Positions 46,324-53,002 of a stretch of DNA of 53,002 bases are shown here, one piece after another. A model generated the notes under the pieces. That model ran no database searches and had not been told where the DNA came from. It saw only the letters and a program-made list of their open reading frames with translations. Every line of letters begins with the position of its first letter. Position 1 is the first letter of the stretch. The position numbers and the translations under genes are program-made. The stretch comes from Eubacteriales bacterium (lineage in GTDB: Bacteria; Bacillota; Clostridia; Oscillospirales; CAG-272): the NCBI GenBank assembly GCA_045593965.1, contig JAZNXP010000124.1, forward strand, positions 1-53,002, in the 5' to 3' direction.

Positions 46324-48834
46324 ATGAAAAAAACAGTTAGAAGCTTTTGCTTGCTGTTGGCGGCTTTGATGATCCTCACGACCGTGATCGTGACCGTTTC
46401 CGCAGAGCCCGAGGCAGCACCTGCAGACAACGGAATCATCGGCTACAGTGATTCTCTTGTCGAAAAGGTTGACTTAGCAGACATTGCCGACCTTACCACG
46501 TACGACGCAGCAAACGTTGCTGCAGCGTACAAGATCAAAGACGTTGCGGGCTACCTCAAGCTGGTAGAGATCGTCAACGCAGAGACCGCAGGCGGTAAAG
46601 TCCTCAAGGGCGTTACCATTTACCTGGAAAACGACATTGACATTTCCGAGGTTGAAGGTCAGTCTCCCATCGGTTATCTGAAGGGTTATTACGACGGTGC
46701 GAAGCATATTGAAGCGAGCGCGATCTTCGCGGCAAACCTCGACGGTCAGGGACACACCATCAGCGGTATCAACGTTCACAAGAAGATCGGTGACAATGAC
46801 CAGTTGGTTGCTTTCATCGGTTATGCAGCTGATGCTACCATCAAGAACATTAAGCTCGTTGGTACCACCCAGCAGGATGTCGGTACGTTGCCTGAAGGTT
46901 ACAAAACCGATATCGCAGGCTGCGGCGCGGTTACCGCTCAGTCCGCCAACGTAACGTTCTATAACGTTTACAACCAGATCTCCATCGTTAGCGCAAACCG
47001 TCAGGCAGGCGTATTTGCTGCAAGAGACGGCGGTCCCGTTGTGATCAAAAACTGCACCAACGTTGCAAGCTGCAAGGGTAATGATACCATTGGATTTACT
47101 GGCTTCAGAGTAAGATCTGAAATCTCCAACTGCTTCAACGCAGGAAAATTGCAGGGTCAGAAGGCAGGTGCCTTCATCGGACGTGGAACGGACAACTCCT
47201 CCGTTACCAACTGCGTCAACGTTGGTGCGATCACCAGTACCTCGACCAATCCTTCATCTTCTTATGCGGGCTTGGTAAACGTTGATACCGCCAATGCTAC
47301 CATCAAGGTTTCGAACTGCATGAACTACGGTGTTCTGACCGCTGTCACGACCGCTCTGACCAACCAGATCAACGGTACCATCGAGGCAACCGATTGCTAT
47401 GATCTCGTTGGCAAGCTCTACATCCCCGTTGTTGCTCCCGATGCAAATGCTGTTGGTTATTCCAGCGCAAGAGTTGACGCTGTTGACGTTCTTGCTCTGA
47501 CCGACATTACCACCGTTGCGGATGCTCTTACCGAGACCGCTTATAAGATCACCTCTGTTGAGGGCTTCAAGAAGCTGGATGAACTGGTATGCGCAGGTGT
47601 TAGCTTCTCCGGCGTTACCGTTTACCTTGCAAACGACGTTAACTTCGAAGGCGTTACTGACTTCTCTCCCATCGGTTGGGGCGGTCAGACCGCTGTTAAA
47701 AACAACCAGGCTCCCGCAGTCGCGTTCAACGGTACGTTCGATGGCCTTGGCAACATGGTTTCCAACGTAACTGCTGTACGCAGCGAGTCCCAGATGCTGG
47801 ATCCCAGCGATACTGCTAACTATGGTGGTATCTCCTTCTTCGGTATTCTGAACGGCGCAACCATCAAGAACTTCATCATTGATGCTTCCTGCTCCTTCAC
47901 CTATACCGCAGATCCTCACGACCACGGTTGCGCAGCTGCATTCGCATTTGCAGCACACAACACCACGATCGATAACTGCCTGAACCTTGCTTCTGTTACC
48001 AGCAGCTCTCGCTTCAGCGCAGGCTTTGTCGGACGTGTTCTCGGTTCTCTCACCATTACCAACTCCACCAACGCAGGTAAGGTTACCGGTTGCCAGAGCG
48101 TAGCAGGCTTTGCAGGCTACATTGCAGCGACCACCACCGTTACCAACTGCCGTAACATTGGCGAAATCATCTGCGCTAAGGGTTACGATGCAAACAACGC
48201 TCTCGTTGGTTCCGACCACTCCGCTGCAGGTATCGTTGCTTGGGCACGCGCACAGGTAACCATCGACGGTTGTACCAACAACGGCAACATCTCCGGTGTT
48301 GACAACGTTGCAGGTATCATCGGCGAAGTCGGTGACTCCCAGTATCAGAGCGTAAGTGTAGAAGTTAAAAACTCCTTCAACTACGGCAATCTGAGCATGG
48401 ATGATCCCAAGACCGAAAATAATAACGTTCCCGTAATGGCAACCGTAGGCGAGGTTTGGGCTGAAGTTGCTACTTCGAACTTCACCAACGAAAACTGCTT
48501 CGATCTCCGTGGCGTATATGATCTCTCCATCGGTTTGGAAGCTCTGGTGCCCGATTACAATATAATCGTTGCTCCTCCCGCATCCTCCGAGATCCCCGGT
48601 TCTTCCGAGACTCCCGGTTCTTCCGAGACTCCCGGTTCCTCCGAGACTCCTGCGACCACCACGGCAAAGACCACTGCTGCTACCACAAAGGCTACCACCA
48701 CCGCAGCTACCACGGGCGCTGACGCTCCTGCTGCTGACGATGAGGGTTGCGGTTCGACCGTGATCGGCGGCATCGCTGTGATCATGCTCGTATCCGGTGC
48801 AGCTGTTACGCTCTTCAAGAAGAAGGAAGACTGA
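46324..48834 (+). CDS. A1: secreted GLUG/beta-helix-like protein (2 modules) with Thr/Pro-rich stalk and C-terminal GCG-TM-KKKED tail
   Basis: From ORF 46210..48834. I start it at MKKTVRSFCLL (ATG 46324, AAAGGAGAAG RBS), giving 836 aa. Signal ...TVSA|EP. Modules begin IGYSDSLVEKVDL and VGYSSARVDAVDV. No propeller. The tail reads DDEGCGSTVIGGIAVIMLVSGAAVTLFKKKED. Confidence 0.75.
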   Translation: MKKTVRSFCLLLAALMILTTVIVTVSAEPEAAPADNGIIGYSDSLVEKVDLADIADLTTYDAANVAAAYKIKDVAGYLKLVEIVNAETAGGKVLKGVTIYLENDIDISEVEGQSPIGYLKGYYDGAKHIEASAIFAANLDGQGHTISGINVHKKIGDNDQLVAFIGYAADATIKNIKLVGTTQQDVGTLPEGYKTDIAGCGAVTAQSANVTFYNVYNQISIVSANRQAGVFAARDGGPVVIKNCTNVASCKGNDTIGFTGFRVRSEISNCFNAGKLQGQKAGAFIGRGTDNSSVTNCVNVGAITSTSTNPSSSYAGLVNVDTANATIKVSNCMNYGVLTAVTTALTNQINGTIEATDCYDLVGKLYIPVVAPDANAVGYSSARVDAVDVLALTDITTVADALTETAYKITSVEGFKKLDELVCAGVSFSGVTVYLANDVNFEGVTDFSPIGWGGQTAVKNNQAPAVAFNGTFDGLGNMVSNVTAVRSESQMLDPSDTANYGGISFFGILNGATIKNFIIDASCSFTYTADPHDHGCAAAFAFAAHNTTIDNCLNLASVTSSSRFSAGFVGRVLGSLTITNSTNAGKVTGCQSVAGFAGYIAATTTVTNCRNIGEIICAKGYDANNALVGSDHSAAGIVAWARAQVTIDGCTNNGNISGVDNVAGIIGEVGDSQYQSVSVEVKNSFNYGNLSMDDPKTENNNVPVMATVGEVWAEVATSNFTNENCFDLRGVYDLSIGLEALVPDYNIIVAPPASSEIPGSSETPGSSETPGSSETPATTTAKTTAATTKATTTAATTGADAPAADDEGCGSTVIGGIAVIMLVSGAAVTLFKKKED
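48583..48654 (+). repeat. 4 x 18-nt tandem repeat encoding (SSE[IT]PG)n in the A1 stalk
   Basis: tcctccgagatccccggt, tcttccgagactcccggt, tcttccgagactcccggt, tcctccgagactcctgcg. Confidence 0.85.
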
Positions 48835-48880
48835 TTCTTTAAAAGCAAACAAAGATCTCAACCGTAACGGTTGAATGATC

Positions 48881-48918
48881 CGCGGGGCACTGCGCTAACG
48901 TGCGGTGTCCCGCATATT
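48881..48918 (+). terminator. Possible weak terminator after A1
   Basis: Stem gcggggcac (48881-48889) / gtgtcccgc (48904-48912, one G-U pair) followed by atattta. The U-tract is poor. A small hairpin caaccg-taa-cggttg (48858-48872) precedes it. Confidence 0.4.
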
Positions 48919-49054
48919 TACAAAACAAATCAACTACATTTTGTAATGTTCTATACGAAATAAATCTGTTTTTTTCATGTAGCAAATGAAACGATAAGCT
49001 TGCCGAAGGGCATTTCGATAAAGTATTCCATTTTTCAAGAACAAGGAGAACAAT

Positions 49055-52000
49055 ATGAAAAAGAACGTAAAGATACTGTCACTTGTGATGGCGTTTCTGA
49101 TGATCCTCTCCGCATCGGTCATGACCGTCTTTGCAGATCTTTCTGTGCAAGAAAGTCCTGACATCGGATATCAGCAATGGCATGTGGAAAAAGTCGATCT
49201 GACCGATGTCCCCAATATTTTGGATTTTCCCGTAGCGGGGGCAACTGCGTATCAGATCACGAACGACGCGGGACTGGTGTTTCTTTCTGCGACCGTCAAT
49301 GAAGGCTTTGCCTTCGAGGGAATGAAGATCTATCTCGGTCAGGATATTGATATGGAAGATGTTACCATGGCACCCATCGGTATCCGTGAGTTCCGTTTGG
49401 ATGAAAGCGGGAATGCGATCGTACTGTATCAGGATCGCGCTTTTGCAGGTATTTTTGACGGACAGGGACACACCGTTCGGAATTTGGTGATGGACTATGA
49501 CGTGGAAGAGATCCAATCGGTCGGACTGTTCGGCAATCTTGCGGGAACGGTCAAAAATCTGAAGCTGGATTCCTCTTGCAGCATCACGTGGACGAATGAA
49601 TTTCAATCTCCCTATCGGGATTACGTTTCCGCGGGTGTTATTTCGGCGTTTTCGAATAACGCGCGGTTTTGGAATATCTATTCCGAGGCGACGCTGTTTT
49701 CCGCGGGACACGGAGCGTTGACTGCGGGACGCGGAACGGTCGATGCGGCGTATTATTGCACCAACCGCGGCGACATTACGGGCAACAATACGGCAGGCGG
49801 CGTTACGGGCTTTGACGTTGGTGGCGAGATCTTCTTCTGCGACAACTACGGCACAGTCACCGCCGATAAAGCGGCAGGCATCGTCGGACGCACCCGCAAG
49901 ACGCACGAGATCCGTTACTGTGTCAATTACGGCGAGGTGAGGGGAAGATCCTATGCGGCGGGCATCGTTTGCCTGGAGCGCAACTCGAACGTAAATCTGT
50001 ATAGTTGCATCAACTACGGTGAGATCTTGGCAAGCTCTGCCTTGATGACGTCGGGCGTGGCTTACGATTCGGGAGAGGCAAATATTATATACTCCTGCGA
50101 TTCCAATTGTAAGGATCTTTCGGGCGGCGCGGACGCAACGCTTGAGATCGTCGGCTATTCAAAGGATCACGTAGCTCCCGTTGATCTGACGGGCATCCCC
50201 GCATTGGAGCAGCTTGAGGGACTTCCCAAGGCAAGCGCTTACACAATCTCCTCGGTTGAGGGCTTTGCGGTCATGGATCAGCTCATTTCGAACAATATCG
50301 ATCCATTTAACGGCGTGACCGTTTATCTGACGCAGGACGTTGATTTCCAAGGCGTGGAGTTCTCTCCGATCGGCTGGAGCGGACAGCGTTCGACCGCGGT
50401 CAACACCGTTCCCGCAACTGCGTTCACGGGCATCTTTGACGGTCTTGGACATAAGGTCAGCAACGTCAAGGCGACGATGTCTGAATCGAACGGAACCGAC
50501 AGCACCAATTACGGCGGCGTTTCCTTCTTTGGCATTCTCAAGGGCGCGACGGTCCGCAATTTTGAGATCGATCCCACCTGTTCCTTTACCTATACGGCAG
50601 ATCCGCACGACCACGGCTGCGTGGCGGGCTTTGCCTTCGCGGCACACAATACGGTATTTGAAAACTGCATGAACGGCGCAATACTGCGCAACACCTCTCG
50701 CTTCTCGGGCGGTATCGTTGCGCGCGCACACGGCTCGCTGACGGTCAAGAATTGTACCAATACGGGTATCGTCGACGGTCGTCAGAGTGTTGCGGGCATC
50801 GTTGCCTATAACGGCGCGGCACTGACGGTGAGCAACTGTCGCAACACGGGAGAGGTGATCGGCAAGGTACACCGCACAACAAACGGCATCGTCGGCTCGG
50901 ATCATGCCGCGGCAGGCATCGTTGCGTGGTCAAGAGCCAACGTTTCGATCAAAAATTGCATCAATAACGCAGACGTTTACGGCTCGGATAACGTCGCGGG
51001 CATCATCGGTCAGATCGGTGACGGCATGAATTATTCCTTCACGGCGATCCTGACGAACAATGCCAATTACGGCCTGATCGGCTTTTACGAAATGCGAGAT
51101 ATCTACGCGATCGTTGCGCCGGAGGGAGAAATCTACGCGTTTTGTTATGTCTCCGATCTTCAGCTTTTGAACAATATTGATCTTCGCGGCGGAAATGATC
51201 CGACGTTGGGTGGAGCAACGACCCCCACCGTCACGCAAACAACAAAGCCGACGCCACCGTCGACAACACCCACCACTCCCACAGAACCGATCATACCGCC
51301 GTCTATGCGCGATGACGTTGGATATTCCGCCGACGTGATCAAGGGAGTTGATCTGGAAGGTATTACTGATCTTGCCACGGTTTCGACGGATGCGAGCGTT
51401 TTGCGAGAATCCACTTATAAGATCACCTCCGTTGAGGGCTTTGAGGTGCTGGACGCGCTGATCTCCAAGGGCGTAAGCTTCGGTTGGGTTACGGTCTATC
51501 TTGCAAATGACGTTGATTTTATCGACGTGGATGACTTTTCTCCCATCGGCTGGGCAGGGCAGACGCAGACGGCGGTGAACGTCGCTCCCAAGGTCGCCTT
51601 CAACGGCACGTTTGACGGCTTGGGACATAAGGTCAGCAACGTCATCGGCATCGCTGTGGAGTCGCATTCTCTTAACGGCGATGACACCGTCAATTATGGC
51701 GGCGTTTCCTTCTTCGGTGTCCTCAACGGCGCAAGGGTCAGGAATTTTGTGATCGATGATAGCTGTGTGTTCATGTACTTGGCAGATCCCAACGACCACG
51801 GATGCGCGGCAGGCTTTGCGTTCGCGGCGCATAACAACACGGTGTTTGAAAACTGCATGAATATGTCAACGGTCATCAATACGTCCCGTTTTTCGGGTGG
51901 GTTCGTTGCGCGGGCGTATGACGAGGTGTATTTTTTAAATTGCACCAATACGGGCATCATCGGCGCATGCCAGAACGCGGCGGGCATCGTTGCGTACTGT

Positions 52001-52834
52001 TCGGCGGAGCTGATCATGACGAATTGCCGAAACGCGGGATACGTTGAGTGCTATAAGGGTTACGGCGAATATGACGGCGGTTTGCTGGTCGGCTCGGATC
52101 ATTCCGCGGCAGGCATGGTCGGATGGTTGAGAAACGGCGGCGTGATCATGAATTGCATCAACAACGGTGAGATCTGCGGCGTGGATAACGTCGCGGGCAT
52201 TGTCGGACAGCTTGGAAACGCTTGCGGAAGCGAGATCGACGTCTATATGGAAAAGAATATCAACTACGGCTGGATCGTGTTGAGTGAGGATAGCAAGACC
52301 GAGAACGGAAACATTCCCCGCATTGCCAAGAACGGCTGCATCTGGGCGGAAAACAACGTCACGGGTTCTCTCATTGAGCAACTCAACGAGGACCTTCGCG
52401 GAGAAGAGGATCCCACGTGGGACGTTCAGATTCCTCCCGTGATCGATCCCGATAACAGCGACACGTCCACCGATCCCACACAATCCGACAACACGGAGCC
52501 GACCACCAATCCCGATGACACCGATCCGTCCACGAACACGGATCCGTCCACGAACACGGATCCCACCGTCGGAACGGATGCTTCTACCGATCCCGATGCA
52601 TCCACGGACGGTCCGACGGTAAGCGAGAGCTTGGTCACCACCGAGACGACTGCCGAGATCACGGAGCAGACCACCACGCAAGCTCCCGTCACATCGGGAA
52701 CGACGTCGGCGACTACCACGGGTGCGTCCAACGCAACCACAAACGGATGCGGCGGTACGGTTCTTGGCGGCATGGCTGTGATCCTGCTCGTATCGGGCGC
52801 GGCTGTGACGGTATTGAAAAAGAAAGAGGACTGA
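49055..52834 (+). CDS. A2: secreted GLUG/beta-helix-like protein (3 modules) with Thr/Pro/Asp-rich linkers and the same GCG-TM-KKKED tail
   Basis: 1259 aa. Signal ...TVFA|DL. Modules begin IGYQQWHVEKVDL, VGYSKDHVAPVDL and VGYSADVIKGVDL. The internal linker is TTPTVTQTTKPTPPSTTPTTPTEP. The tail reads NGCGGTVLGGMAVILLVSGAAVTVLKKKED. Modules 2 and 3 resemble A1 module 2 (FTYTADPHDHGC[AV]A[AG]FAFAAHN). Confidence 0.75.
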   Translation: MKKNVKILSLVMAFLMILSASVMTVFADLSVQESPDIGYQQWHVEKVDLTDVPNILDFPVAGATAYQITNDAGLVFLSATVNEGFAFEGMKIYLGQDIDMEDVTMAPIGIREFRLDESGNAIVLYQDRAFAGIFDGQGHTVRNLVMDYDVEEIQSVGLFGNLAGTVKNLKLDSSCSITWTNEFQSPYRDYVSAGVISAFSNNARFWNIYSEATLFSAGHGALTAGRGTVDAAYYCTNRGDITGNNTAGGVTGFDVGGEIFFCDNYGTVTADKAAGIVGRTRKTHEIRYCVNYGEVRGRSYAAGIVCLERNSNVNLYSCINYGEILASSALMTSGVAYDSGEANIIYSCDSNCKDLSGGADATLEIVGYSKDHVAPVDLTGIPALEQLEGLPKASAYTISSVEGFAVMDQLISNNIDPFNGVTVYLTQDVDFQGVEFSPIGWSGQRSTAVNTVPATAFTGIFDGLGHKVSNVKATMSESNGTDSTNYGGVSFFGILKGATVRNFEIDPTCSFTYTADPHDHGCVAGFAFAAHNTVFENCMNGAILRNTSRFSGGIVARAHGSLTVKNCTNTGIVDGRQSVAGIVAYNGAALTVSNCRNTGEVIGKVHRTTNGIVGSDHAAAGIVAWSRANVSIKNCINNADVYGSDNVAGIIGQIGDGMNYSFTAILTNNANYGLIGFYEMRDIYAIVAPEGEIYAFCYVSDLQLLNNIDLRGGNDPTLGGATTPTVTQTTKPTPPSTTPTTPTEPIIPPSMRDDVGYSADVIKGVDLEGITDLATVSTDASVLRESTYKITSVEGFEVLDALISKGVSFGWVTVYLANDVDFIDVDDFSPIGWAGQTQTAVNVAPKVAFNGTFDGLGHKVSNVIGIAVESHSLNGDDTVNYGGVSFFGVLNGARVRNFVIDDSCVFMYLADPNDHGCAAGFAFAAHNNTVFENCMNMSTVINTSRFSGGFVARAYDEVYFLNCTNTGIIGACQNAAGIVAYCSAELIMTNCRNAGYVECYKGYGEYDGGLLVGSDHSAAGMVGWLRNGGVIMNCINNGEICGVDNVAGIVGQLGNACGSEIDVYMEKNINYGWIVLSEDSKTENGNIPRIAKNGCIWAENNVTGSLIEQLNEDLRGEEDPTWDVQIPPVIDPDNSDTSTDPTQSDNTEPTTNPDDTDPSTNTDPSTNTDPTVGTDASTDPDASTDGPTVSESLVTTETTAEITEQTTTQAPVTSGTTSATTTGASNATTNGCGGTVLGGMAVILLVSGAAVTVLKKKED
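52523..52576 (+). repeat. 18-nt tandem repeat (2 perfect + 1 degenerate unit) encoding DPSTNT in the A2 stalk
   Basis: gatccgtccacgaacacg occurs twice (52523-52558), followed by gatcccaccgtcggaacg. Confidence 0.8.
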
Positions 52835-52854
52835 CGTTCTCTTCTGACATCTGA

Positions 52855-52888
52855 AAAAAGGCATCGCGCTATGCGCGATGCCTTTTGA
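52855..52888 (+). terminator. Intrinsic terminator after A2 (end of island)
   Basis: Stem ggcatcgcgc (52860-52869) / gcgcgatgcc (52873-52882), loop tat, an A-run before and TTTT after. Confidence 0.85.
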
Positions 52889-52939
52889 AATTTGAGGAAG
52901 CATCGCTTGCGAAAAAGCAAAAAACTCCACCGTACTTTC

Positions 52940-52968
52940 TTGACAAATCAGGCGTGCTGTGATATACT
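52940..52968 (+). promoter_or_regulatory. Near-consensus sigma-A promoter for a gene beyond the window end
   Basis: TTGACA (52940-52945), 17-nt spacer ending in TGa, then TATACT (52963-52968). Confidence 0.6.
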
Positions 52969-53002
52969 ATCTAAAACCCAATCCTTACGGAAAACGAAAG
53001 GA

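Noticed and set aside
14116-52888. Island as a horizontally acquired mobile element or prophage remnant.
   Set aside because: There is no integrase, transposase, tRNA target or flanking direct repeats. By eye, codon usage (the same TTA/CTA/TCA avoidance) and GC content resemble the housekeeping flank. Paralog gradients indicate local duplication.

Overview
The window looks like chromosomal DNA from a moderately GC-rich Firmicute, probably Clostridia-like. Supporting signs are AGGAGG-type RBSs, sigma-A TTGACA/TATAAT promoters with TGn extensions, L-x-[AS]-C lipoboxes, and strong avoidance of TTA/CTA/TCA codons. Positions 1-13.8 kb are ordinary core genome: ppa, obg, a 2-TM hypothetical, an AraC regulator, der, a PDZ/radical-SAM DUF512-type protein, a nucleoside hydrolase and mgsA. 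This stretch also holds a minus-strand AraC / GH78 alpha-L-rhamnosidase / propeller-lipoprotein operon, and its intergenic spaces carry REP-like GC-rich hairpin modules. From 14.2 to 52.9 kb every gene is on the + strand and belongs to one unusual, paralog-rich island. It contains seven tandem lipoproteins (one 5'-truncated and frameshifted), each a Thr-rich tether plus a sialidase-like (Asp-box) beta-propeller. It also contains one orphan solute-binding lipoprotein. Three giant secreted proteins (1838-1956 aa) each combine four GLUG/beta-helix-like modules of ~310-350 aa, a beta-sandwich-like spacer and a second subtype of the same propeller. Two leaderless stand-alone copies of that second subtype follow. 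Last come two GLUG-module proteins without a propeller that share a Gly-Cys-Gly / TM / KKKED C-terminal tail. This ~39-kb, 12-propeller locus shows signs of recent gene conversion. I consider it the most likely undescribed system, possibly a surface apparatus that strips glycans or nonulosonic acids. All functions are inferred from motifs read by eye; no database search or structure prediction was run.
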